Positions 11,007-21,892 of a stretch of DNA of 43,990 bases are shown here, one piece after another. This DNA is from Saprolegnia diclina VS20 (taxonomy: Eukaryota). Each line of letters begins with the position of its first letter. The stretch's first letter is position 1. The notes under the pieces are model-generated. The model was not told where the DNA came from. It did not search any database and saw only the letters and a program-made list of their open reading frames with translations. The DNA lies in contig NW_008246170.1 of NCBI RefSeq assembly GCF_000281045.1, forward strand, positions 21,926-65,915. Reading direction: 5' to 3'. The position numbers and the translations under genes were made by a program.

Positions 11007-12265
11007 NNNNNNNNNNNNNNNNNNNNNNNNNNNNNNNNNNNNNNNNNNNNNNNNNNNNNNNNNNNNNNNNNNNNNNNNNNNNNNNNNNNNNNNNNNNNNN
11101 NNNNNNNNNNNNNNNNNNNNNNNNNNNNNNNNNNNNNNNNNNNNNNNNNNNNNNNNNNNNNNNNNNNNNNNNNNNNNNNNNNNNNNNNNNNNNNNNNNNN
11201 NNNNNNNNNNNNNNNNNNNNNNNNNNNNNNNNNNNNNNNNNNNNNNNNNNNNNNNNNNNNNNNNNNNNNNNNNNNNNNNNNNNNNNNNNNNNNNNNNNNN
11301 NNNNNNNNNNNNNNNNNNNNNNNNNNNNNNNNNNNNNNNNNNNNNNNNNNNNNNNNNNNNNNNNNNNNNNNNNNNNNNNNNNNNNNNNNNNNNNNNNNNN
11401 NNNNNNNNNNNNNNNNNNNNNNNNNNNNNNNNNNNNNNNNNNNNNNNNNNNNNNNNNNNNNNNNNNNNNNNNNNNNNNNNNNNNNNNNNNNNNNNNNNNN
11501 NNNNNNNNNNNNNNNNNNNNNNNNNNNNNNNNNNNNNNNNNNNNNNNNNNNNNNNNNNNNNNNNNNNNNNNNNNNNNNNNNNNNNNNNNNNNNNNNNNNN
11601 NNNNNNNNNNNNNNNNNNNNNNNNNNNNNNNNNNNNNNNNNNNNNNNNNNNNNNNNNNNNNNNNNNNNNNNNNNNNNNNNNNNNNNNNNNNNNNNNNNNN
11701 NNNNNNNNNNNNNNNNNNNNNNNNNNNNNNNNNNNNNNNNNNNNNNNNNNNNNNNNNNNNNNNNNNNNNNNNNNNNNNNNNNNNNNNNNNNNNNNNNNNN
11801 NNNNNNNNNNNNNNNNNNNNNNNNNNNNNNNNNNNNNNNNNNNNNNNNNNNNNNNNNNNNNNNNNNNNNNNNNNNNNNNNNTCGCATTCCTACATGCTTC
11901 TGCACGATCCGAATGGCAGCGCGTACCCTAGGTTTCGACTCGCCCAGCTACCCACGCCGGCACTGGCGGCACGAGCGCGATGATCAAGAGCGTCTGCAGC
12001 GTTGCTTCCATCAAGGTTGTTTGCAAGTCGGCCCCAATTGCGCGCGGGTTTTTGCCGCAGCGTTGCAAGTCCACCGACACTCGCACGGTGCGCAAGACGC
12101 CCCGCTTCTAGGGGCTACCGCCACGCCACTCCCAAATGACGAGCGGTCAATCGAGTCGACTATTGCCCCACTCTAGCGTCGTACAAGGCGCTAACCACGT
12201 TTTTAACCGGTGTGGACCAAAAGTACCTAGATCCGTGGGAGCTAGCCCAAAGTTACTATAGTGAG

Positions 12266-13901
12266 CTAGTAGAGACAGCTAAACCAGTGCAGTGGTTGAC
12301 GCGCCGTGCCCCACATGCCGTCGCCGTGGCGAAAGCTACCATCGAGGTGGTTGATCTCGGCTGCGTAAAACCTGCTCTTGTACGAGGCGCTAAAGGCTGT
12401 CGGGTCGAGACCTCTTGTGCAGCTTGCAAACGCGACCTACGAATCCCATACCATCGTTTCTATCAAGTTCATGCACGTACAAGGCCGTCGTGGGGCGTCG
12501 ACGGAGCGGCCAGTGCATTGATCGCTGTCATGATTCCGGACGCGGATGTCCAGAGACCGACGGGACTTTGACCGCAGAGCACAGCGTCGGCGTAGCGCTT
12601 GTAGCTGCCTTGCGCTCTTGTGTAGTAGCTGTTCAAGCCGAGCGCGGTGGCTTCCCAGCTCCCGGCCTCGTACATGTACGCGAATGTCGGCGCGATCGGA
12701 CACCGGCCGAGAAGCCCGAGCACGGAGGAGAGGCTGGGTATCGCACAAGATTTGAGCAGCATGTTCAAGACGGGACTGCCGCCCATGGGTGTGTGGAGGG
12801 CGACCCATTTTGTCTCGGCGCTGAACGAGCAGACGCCGTTGGCGAGGGCGAGGCCCAGCACAAGGCCGCCCATCGAGTGCGTAACGACGATGAGCCGACC
12901 GACGCTGCCCGTGGTATTGGCCACCGAGAGCATTGACGCACAAAATTTCTGTTGCAGAACTGACGACGTCCACGGCACGGTTGTCGTATCGAAGCGCGCA
13001 AACTGAAGCGACGAGCAGCACGGTGCCGCGTCGACGAGGTCGTTGCCCCAGTAGGCAGCGTATGATGCGAGAAGGCTCGATGACTCGTTTGCGACGCCGG
13101 CGCCGTGAAAGAAAAGACAGGGTCGCCGCCCTGATCGACATGCACAGGGCGACCTCGTTGTGTTGGTGACCAGCGCCTCGGACAGCGAGGGGCAGGCGAG
13201 CGACTGACGAGGTGACACGGGCGGCGTCATCGACGTATTTCGGGCCAATGCAACAACTAGGGTTGGTGATATCGCTTTTGTGATGCCTAGCACAAGTAGC
13301 GTAAGCTACCGAGATGTTGACCGGAGAATGTACCAAGTTCTATGCTTTGGCAGATTGTCATCGGAGCCCCCAAGAACGTCGTGGCGTACGCGATGTAGCC
13401 AGCGTCACACGCCGAGACGTCATTGGACTGTGTCGCAGTTTGGATCGCGGCGACCACCGACGCCATCGACGGTAGCGTTGATGCAGAGCCGCACGTGACC
13501 GACACTTGTGATGCGCCTTCGACGACGCTGACGTAGAGGGCGCCGGATACCATCGTGTAGCGCTGGACGGTCGCTCCTTGGGTCATGTTGATGTCGTAAT
13601 CAAAGTTGCCGTGCCCGGTTGCGAAGAGCGAGCCCGACGCATTCGCCGCGACAGAGCCGTTGAAGCCGACGGGAAGAAAATAATAAAGTTGACCGGAGAA
13701 CGGACCCGCGCTCTCCAAGTAGCGCATGAGTGGCCCGTCCGAGCTGGTGGCGGTTGCCGGCTCCGCCAAGTAGAGAACGAGCAGCACGACACCCGCGATG
13801 CCAGCGGCCAAAAGACCAGCGCAGAGAAGAAGGTGTACAACTCGGTGCGGCCGACGCGCTGGGCGCTTGGCAACACCCAGGTCGTCCAGCGTTGTGTTCA
13901 T
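12266..13901 (-). CDS. Membrane-anchored alpha/beta-hydrolase (lipase/PGAP1-like), ~514 aa, 3 exons
   Basis: Exons 13901-13334, 13286-12481 and 12436-12266 splice in frame. N-terminal TM segment (LLLCAGLLAAGIAGVVLLVLYL), FFHG oxyanion motif, THSMGG nucleophile elbow, and HDGLV and INHLD completing a Ser-Asp-His triad. Confidence 0.85.
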
Positions 13902-14256
13902 GCTACGATTGCAATGCTTTTGAATCGCGCGTTCGTAGTCATGTATATTTATAGCGCCAGAAGAGTACCATCCCAACAGACAAAACGAAGGTTCGCAGAA
14001 CCGAGGAAGCGGACAAGCCTTGAGCTCACCGTGTGCTAAGGCGGCCATGGAACCAGTGCTTCAAACACGTTGTGCTAAGATTATAAATGCCGTAAGAGAA
14101 GTTTCAAATGAGCACGGTAAGCTGATCGCGACGGTACCTACTATTGTGCAAAACACGAGCCAACTAAGCTTACAAGTACAGTAATACTCGTTGTGTGGAT
14201 GGAGCGAGTGATGATGGAGCGATGACCAAGGCGGCCGCGACAGATCGAAGTATATC

Positions 14257-14426
14257 GATTGGCTAAATAAAATTGAAATGATACCTTTTTGTCCAATCAC
14301 AGATAGTGTGGCCGGTGGCGCGCCACCTCCGTGAAGTCGAGACGCCAAACTACGATTGGAAACGAAATCGCCTATATTAGGCACATGGATAGCGATGACT
14401 TTGGAGAGTTTAAAACGCTACACCAC
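14257..14426 (+). repeat. Dispersed non-coding repeat, copy A (diverged)
   Basis: GATTGGCTA...CCAATC...CGCCAAA...TTGGAAACGAAATCGC...GGCACA...ACTTTGGAG...GCTAC is colinear with the copies at 24976-25241 and 36867-37122. Confidence 0.55.
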
Positions 14427-14944
14427 ACGCTCGTTGACCCCGTACAACGGGAGAAATGCTTCGTCAAAGTTTTGGATATTATCCGGATCCGGATACGCGA
14501 CAGGCGTCGGCCGAGTAGATGTGGGTCCTTGGCCGTGGGTGGGATGGCGGCGGGCCTCGCTTTCTACCCGTACTTGATTGAGTAGGACATTTCTTGGCAG
14601 GGGAGTTCCAAACATCGTCGATGCAGCCAGAATGGACGGCTGCAGGCGTTGCTTCGTGGCAGTTCAACTGTAGTAAATGGCTATTACGCCATCATTTGCA
14701 ACGCTCCTTGGCTGCAACAATCTACTACGATCGTCGGTCGCAAAGATTCCTTCCCGTTGGCGCCGCTTCTGCGCTTCCCATCAAGACTGGTCCAAGGCTG
14801 ACTCGCTCGGCCTGTCCGGTGCTGTTTTTGGACCGCGCCCGCCAAAGATACGTTCTCGGACCAATCAAAATGCGCAATGATTTTAGCCAATCAGCTCTCG
14901 CCACTCTGGCCTGGCTAAATTTACGTCGCAGTTGCGAGCAAACG

Positions 14945-17900
14945 ATGTCGTCGACCGAGCTCTCGCCGTCGCAGGTCGCTCTCGCCGTCGACGCGTACGT
15001 CGGCGCGACCCTGCGCTGGCTGGCGCTGCACCGCGGTGGCTGCTTCCCGCCCACCGTCCGTGGCTTCAACGTGCACCTGCCCTTTCCCGTGTCGCCCGAG
15101 ACCATGGAGCAGTGCATCCTCCCGGCAATGAAGCTCGACAAGCGGCTCGTGCAGCGCCACAGCTACTGCAGCGCGCTCTGCCTCGACCTGCCAGGCCGCG
15201 CGATCGCGCAGGCGACCATCGAAGACGTGCTCGACGAGGCGATCCCGTTCTTTACGCAGCGCATGCTCACGTTCACGGCCAAGGGCCATACCTACCACTC
15301 GCCCGACGTCGACGGGATGCTCAAGCCGCCGCCGCACCTTGCAAAGGCGCCGATTGTCGCCAAGATCCTCGCCGCGCTCAAGGCCCACCCGCTCGTAAAG
15401 AGCGCGCCGTACAAGCCCGGTCTGCTTGCGTTTTCGAGCAAGGCGTCGTCGAGTGCCACGGTCGACCCGAACGACAACTATGCCACGTTCCTGACCCACC
15501 AAGTCGGTCTCTTTACCGGCCGCATGCAAACGTCGATCGAGAAGAACCTCTCGTACCACGACACGGACGTCAAGTCGATGCTCAAGGCGCCGGCAAAGTG
15601 GGACCATGCGACGGTCGTCGAGCACATTGTCGCCCGACTGCGCGAGAACCCGACCGTCAACTCCGTCGTCGACGCCAAGGGCCGCGTCCGCTTTACGCGC
15701 TTGGCGCCACCGTCGACGATCTCATTGGACGCCTTTGTGGACGAGCGAAGCGCGTACTTTCTCGGTCGCATGCGCTCGATAACAAGCGTCGGCGGCGTCT
15801 ACTCTGCAGCCGACGTCAAGAGCCTCATCATGGTGCCCGACCACCTCGATGCGGATGCCGCGTATATCCGCGTGCTCGCAGCGCTGCAAGCGTGCACGGA
15901 GGTCGTGTCGACGACCGACACAACCGGCCGCGTGACGTTTACGGCGCTCGGTGCCACCACGTCGCCGGCACGTAGCGTGGCCTCGGCCGCCGAGGATGAC
16001 GCGTCGGTATCATCGATTGTCGAGCTCATGCTATCGGATGACGTCACTCGCTTCCGAGTGCAGCTGCACGCGGCGTTGGCGTCGTCGAGTGGCAGCTTTC
16101 CCGTGCGCAACGTGCGCAAGCAGATGGAAGACCACAGGTACATTTCGTCGACCAACATATTCGCGATCGTCCGGACCATTGTGCACCAGCTGCTCGAAGA
16201 CCCGGGTATTGCGATCACTGAGAATGGCGCCAAGCTCGTGCGCGTGCCGGGCGCGGTCCTGGCGCCGCTCACGACGCCGTCGCTGACGCCATTGACGGTC
16301 GTGACGCTCGAGACGGCCCGCCGCGCCTTGACGTCGCCCGTGTACCTCGGCGACGTCTCCAAGGAGCTCGAGACGCTCAGGCTCTCTCTGGCGGGATCGC
16401 TCAAAGCGGTGCTGGCCACCTTGCAGGCGCGCGACTGTTTTCAGATGGACACGAACGGCTTTATCAACGTCAACGACGGCGCGTGGACCAAGCAAGTTGA
16501 AGCGTACATTGGCAGCCAGCCAGCCGAGCGCAAGCAGCCCATCTCGAGCTTGACGTCCCGGACGCTGCCGCTGTCTCCAGCGGTACCTACTGTCGACGCA
16601 CGGCCGACAACGCCATCGATCGACGATTTTGTCGAAATGAACGTCGCGTTCTTTACGAAGCGCATGCTCGAACGGACGCGGGACGGCGGCATGTACTACG
16701 TCGGCGACACGCAGGCGCTGCTGCAAGCCGGCGGACCGCACTACAGCGTCAATGCCTTTGTCCGCATCTTGAAGGCACTGCGGGCGCACCCGGACGTTGT
16801 CTACCAAGTCGACGCGGACGGCAACGGCTACTTTACGCAAGCTGTTCGCGATGACGTCGACCAGTACGTTGCGCAGCACGCGTCACTGTACTTGGGCCAA
16901 ATCGCCGACTATATCGCGGGTGGCAACTGCTTCTTTACGTCGTACCTCCCGAGCCAACTGCGCACGATCGTTCCGGACACGGCGCTGATCGAGCCGGTCG
17001 TAGAGGCGGTCGTGGCGTCCCTCCAGCGCAACCCGCGCTTCCGTTTTGCTACGGACAGTACAGGGCGGGCGTATTTTACGACAGGCCAGCCGCGTCTTGG
17101 CGACACCGACGTTCTCAGCCAACAACGTACGACCTGTCTCCATCCCCATTGTTATAATACCCACCATTTCGTCTTTAGCGTCGAGCGACATCGAGGTCGA
17201 GCCCGAGCCGTCGGTCAGTGACGCGTCGTCATCAAAAGCCATGCCGACAACGTTTGGCAAGCTCGTCAAGGACCTCACGGCGCGCTTCACAGTGCAAATG
17301 ATGCTGACGGTTGAGAGCAACCACACTCGCTTTCACGTCTCGTACCTCCGGGGCGAGCTCGGCAAGACGTTTCAAGGTGTCTGCCTCGCCCAAGGCCACG
17401 ACGTCGCCAAGCTGACGGCTGCCATTGTCGAGCAGCTCAAGAAGGACCCTCGCGTGATCTACGACGCCTCGGCGGCTGTCTTTGTCAAGAACCCCGACAC
17501 AACACACGTCAAGGGCACCAACGCCACAGGCGTCAAGACCACCACAACGGCGCCCGCCAAGGGCCAGGACGCAGACGTCAAGAAGCACGCGGCCGCGATG
17601 CTAAAGGGCATGCTGAAGCTGCCGGTGACCAACAAGCGCTTTTACGTCGAGTTCATTCCGGGCATCGGCGACTACAAGACGAGCGCGCTCGCCCGCGCCA
17701 TCGTAGCCGAGGTTGCCAAGGACACGCGCTACGTCTTGCGCACCGAAGGTGTTCCCCGGCCGTTCTTCGAGAGAAAAGGCGAGACAAAAGCACCAAGCGT
17801 CAAGTCGACCCCGTCCCGCGCCCCACCAACTCCATCGCGCGCCCCGACAGTGACAAGCCTGTCGATGGACAACGCGGCCAGCAACGGCGATACCTCGCAC

Positions 17901-19688
17901 GGGCCGACGGTTGTGTCGACGGCCGCGCAGCTTCAACACACGGTCGGCGCCCTCGACGTGGTGCAGTCGCCGTGGACACCGCGCGCCGTCGCCCTTGACG
18001 CCCATGGTGTGTGGCCTCACGTTTTGCTTCAGTTGGCGAGCGACAATACGGTTATCCTCATCGACGTCGAGAGCACTGGAGCCAACGCTGTGCACACTGC
18101 GCTGTACCCGATGCTGGCGTCGACCGCTGTCACCAAGGTCGTCTACGGCGCCCATCGTCTCGCGGCGACGATGGCGCAGCTGCATGCCGACTCGATACCG
18201 TCAGTTGTCGACTTGGAGCTGCTGATGGAGCACCAAACCACGCGCTTCAACGTTCCATTCGCCAAGATGCTCTCGCTACTCGGACTACCCGCGCATCCGT
18301 ATCCCCGGTACCTCGACCGACCCGACTTCTTTGATCAACGACCACTTCGGGCCGAAGCGACACAGGCCGCAGCAGCGACGGTGTCTCAGTTGCTGGACGC
18401 CTACCATTCCTCGGAAGATGATGTCAGCTGCAACCGCGATGAACTTTTGACCGCCTCCAACCAGCGACTGCATCAGGCCATTGCTTCTGATGGTCAGCGG
18501 TCGCTGTGCTTTGACGCGCAGCAGAATCAGCGACTCGTCTCGACCGAGTACCTCCAGGCGTGGCGACCCCACGACGTTGTTTCGAGTCCGCCAGTGGTGA
18601 TCCACGAAGACTTGGACGACATTTTGGGGTTATTGCCACCTGACCTCGCGGCGCCACTGCTCCAACCAGAGGTCAGCGCTAAGCTACTGGACATTGTCTT
18701 GGACCTCGGACGCCGACCGTGGGCGTGGGTCAACGGCGCGCGTTTCTTTCTCGATCCGAGTAACCACGACCGCGTCGTCACGAGAGACGACCTCGATTCG
18801 ATCGTGGAGCGCGTCGGCGGCTTTGGCAGCGACAACCGCGCCGGCCTCGAGCGACAACTGCACCGTATCTCGGCGATTCGCAACCGCCAAGACAGGATCA
18901 TCGCCCTGACGATCCGCGTCGGCCGGTACATTGAAGGCAACGCGGGCTTGATCGCGGATCTTCTGGCAATGGAAGACAAGAACATTCTCTTCCTCGGCGA
19001 ACCAGGCTGCGGCAAAACCACCATCGTCCGCGAAGTCTCTCGGCAGCTTGCGACCAAGTACAACGTCTGCATCGTCGACACGAGCAACGAGATTGCAGGT
19101 ATACTACTCTTTATCTCGTGCTGGTAGAGAAGAAGAACCCTAACCACCTTCTGTTCCAAAGGTGATGGCGACATTCCGCATCCGTGCGTGGGCCTGGCGC
19201 GGCGCATGATGGTGCCGTCGCTCGACGACCAAGCCGCTGTGATGGTCGAGTGCGTCCAGAACCACACACCCGAGGTCATGGTCATTGACGAGATTGGTCG
19301 CCCGAACGAAGTCGAGGCCGCGCGTACGTGCAAGCAGCGTGGCGTGCGCATCGTAGCCTCGGCGCACGGCGACCTCCGGAAGTTGCTCAAGAACAAGCCG
19401 CTGCGAGGTCTTGTGGGCGGCGTCGAGTCGGTGACGGTAGGCGACGCACTGGCCAAGGAGAAGCAGAAGAAGGATGACAACGGGCCGCTGCGAAAGCTCT
19501 TGGCGCAGCGTGGTGGTGAGCCGATCTTTGAGGTGATTGTGGAGCTGCGTCGGGGGCAGTACAACGCGTGGCGCATCGTGACGGACGCTGCGTCGGCGGT
19601 CGATGGCATTTTGGCCGGCGAGGCGTACGAGGCGCAATTGCGGACGCGGGCGACTGATGGCATCTACTACAGCGAGCAGAAAGTCTAA
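14945..19688 (+). CDS. ~1542-aa protein: array of ~9-10 winged-helix-like modules + degenerate DEDD 3'-5' exonuclease + Ycf45/SpoIIIAA-type P-loop ATPase
   Basis: Exons 14945-17126, 17179-19098 and 19162-19688 splice in frame. ATPase motifs typical of Ycf45: DLGRRP, DNRAGLERQLHRISAIRNR, Walker A GEPGCGKT, IVDTSNEIAGDGDIPHP, QNHTPEVMVIDEIG, ASAHG. Exonuclease-like segment AVALDAHG..LLQLA..VILID..KVVYG..VVDLELL. CCAAT boxes at about 14861 and 14887. Confidence 0.88.
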
Positions 19689-19732
19689 TTGAATATGATT
19701 GTGGATCGATACGAGTGAAGTCGTCAGCTTAT

Positions 19733-20060
19733 GGCGCTTTATTTGTGGCATATGCCAAAAGCAAATTTTGCATAATTGTCGATGTTCCCCTCGCACGCCG
19801 ACGTGGAGGTGCAATTTATCATCTTCAAAATGACAAGTTAAAGCCGATGTCATTGGCGCATCGAGCAGCTCAGCGACCATGCCATCTCCGTGACAGACCC
19901 GACGGCCACGGTTCGCTTTGCCATACGGTCGCAGAATGCATTGAATCATTGGAGTAGCACCCGGTGCTTGCGGCCGGACACACTGTGGTCGCAACACAGA
20001 GCCTTCGCGAGGTGCAACATTGTCGTTGCGCAGGATTGGTGTAAAATCTAGCCAATCAAA
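19733..20060 (-). repeat. Dispersed non-coding repeat, copy B (diverged)
   Basis: The reverse strand has the head TTTGATTGGCTA..CCAATCC and the tail CGTCGGCGTGCGAGG..GACAATTATG..GGCATATGCCACAAATAAAG, matching copies C and D. Confidence 0.6.
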
Positions 20061-20127
20061 CGCCGCCGAAATGGATCTTACGCTGTCAACGCCCGCTCGG
20101 GTTACTTTGCCAACGTCGTTTGCGTCT

Positions 20128-20193
20128 TGGTCGTACTACAGCAGCACGCAAAGAGCGTGGTCGTACTACAGCAGCACGCAAAGAGCGTGGTCG
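20128..20193 (+). repeat. Perfect 30-bp tandem duplication
   Basis: TGGTCGTACTACAGCAGCACGCAAAGAGCG occurs twice, followed by TGGTCG. Confidence 0.9.
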
Positions 20194-20437
20194 CTGTGAG
20201 TTCGTCCCGCAAGAAAGGCTGGAGCCTCTCACCGTTCATCAACTCCGACAATTTGAGCATCTCGACGAAAAACTTCGATGCTCTCGACTCAGATCTTACA
20301 GCATTCGCTCATTACGCTAACGGCTCGGTGCTCCACCATGACTCGTAGTCCTTCTGATACGTTAATGCGCCACCAGGCTTGCAATACAGGATTGCTACTA
20401 CCGGTACTGCGATGGGTCAATATTTTAGACTTGGTAA

Positions 20438-21520
20438 TTAGGCCCCTCCTTGCCACGGCTGGCGGGTCATGGCGTAGTACATGAGTTCGTCCTCCTCGTC
20501 CTCGGGGCCGTGTTTGGAGCGGCAGTACCAGTACGTCAAGTAGGACGCGAGTAAGATCGAGAAGCCCGACAGAAGGGATGCCGTCAACCCTACGCCGTCG
20601 CCGACAGTTTTTCGCGTACTTTGAAGCACGCCTTGAAGTCTGTCGTAGAAGCAGACGCCTTCAGAGCCCCACAGGGCTCTGTACTCTCGGAGCTGGTTGT
20701 ACCGAGCGATGCGCGCCTCTTCGTATGTGAGGAGATACGGCATCACGAGCTTGCTCGCGTAAAAGAGGCAGAACGTCGTCGCTGTCTCGGCCACGGTCTC
20801 GGGGCACTTGTCGTTGATCCAGTCGCGCAGCCGCGACGGTGGCAATGAAGCCGACACAATCTCACGGCAACCGTCGCACGCCACGTCAATGTTGGTCTCG
20901 GGAAGGCGACCCGGCGCGTTGCAGAACGTCGTCAGCGTCGTTGCGTTGGTGACGATAACGCCATAGTAGAGACCCGAGTCAAAGGCGGTTCGGTTCCGGC
21001 GTGTGTTCTCGACGCCCTCGAGCAGGTAGGCTCGAAAAAGCGTCTCACGCATCGGGAGCTTGGAGCAGTACGCGACACCCTTGGCCTCGCAGTAGGCTTC
21101 TTCGAAGACGCGTTGCGTCGGTCTGTCGGGCACGGCCAAGTAGTACCTCCACGGCGTGATGAGGCTGTCATCGTAGTTTGGCATGCGAGTGTCGAGACTC
21201 AAGTCAAACCAGGTGCTGCGTGTGTCCTCGTATTTGGTGGTGTCGCTTATGAGAGCATAAAATGCGACGGCGGCGATCGCAGCGAAAAGTCCGGCGTTGA
21301 CGAAGACGAGGGCGGGCGGGAGGGCCGAGCGAGCCAAGTTGAGGGACTTGTAGCGGCAATACATCAGAGCACCAAGAATACTGACGAGGCCGACAGCTGC
21401 ACACGAGAGCATTGAGTAGCTCGATATGAATACAAGGAGCTCGGACGAGCCGACCGTGATGAGAAAGCCAAGGTACGCCACGACGGTGAGACCACTCCAG
21501 ACGAGGAATACTCGTGTCAT
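20438..21520 (-). CDS. Tetraspanin-like membrane protein (3 TM + Cys-rich loop + 1 TM), 360 aa
   Basis: Intronless ORF with three N-terminal hydrophobic helices, a long loop with 8 Cys, a C-terminal TM and an acidic tail. Paralogous to 21893-23173. Confidence 0.75.
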   Translation of the reverse strand: MTRVFLVWSGLTVVAYLGFLITVGSSELLVFISSYSMLSCAAVGLVSILGALMYCRYKSLNLARSALPPALVFVNAGLFAAIAAVAFYALISDTTKYEDTRSTWFDLSLDTRMPNYDDSLITPWRYYLAVPDRPTQRVFEEAYCEAKGVAYCSKLPMRETLFRAYLLEGVENTRRNRTAFDSGLYYGVIVTNATTLTTFCNAPGRLPETNIDVACDGCREIVSASLPPSRLRDWINDKCPETVAETATTFCLFYASKLVMPYLLTYEEARIARYNQLREYRALWGSEGVCFYDRLQGVLQSTRKTVGDGVGLTASLLSGFSILLASYLTYWYCRSKHGPEDEEDELMYYAMTRQPWQGGA

Positions 21521-21892
21521 CGCAGCAGGTTTGAAAATGAACTAGAATCTGGACATGGCGGTTTTTGCCAGCTGTAGACACCCTGTCAAACGGGTTGGAA
21601 GGTTGACCCATCCACACCATCTTGTCTCATGCCAGCTGTTGTCAAAGCATTGTACAGTATCGACTCCTCCATCCATTCTAGTGCTAGAGATAGAATTCTC
21701 GGGTGTTTGGACGGCTCAAACCCGAATCGAAGCAGTCGTGATGCATGACAACCGGTCCATTTCTGCTTCTGTACTATAGTATCCAGATTATCTTGCATAA
21801 ACTGTCTAGTAACTGTCGCACTCTCGTGGTGGACACGACACGCCACATGTTGTTGGATCCCGCTCGATGCTCGCAATTTACTTTTCGATTTC

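Noticed and set aside
3052..11931. Long ORFs in the track that run through N stretches
   Set aside because: They are artefacts of translating assembly gaps.
11882..12176. 87-aa plus ORF after the gap
   Set aside because: No recognisable motif. It could be a terminal exon of a gene in the gap, but this cannot be supported.
12212..12571. Plus-strand 119-aa ORF with CxxC, initially suggestive of a separate gene
   Set aside because: It is the antisense shadow of the hydrolase's last exon (VAFASC..INHLDG..WFSCLY*), which splices cleanly on the minus strand.
14594..14944. N-terminal extension of the 875-aa ORF
   Set aside because: It starts at a non-ATG codon, has atypical codon usage and contains CCAAT boxes. 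The ATG at 14945 is the more plausible start.
18600..19688. Bacterial or plastid contamination, or a sporulation gene spoIIIAA
   Set aside because: The ATPase has a spliceosomal intron, host-like codon usage and is fused to eukaryotic exons. The family resemblance does not imply sporulation, so no gene symbol was assigned.
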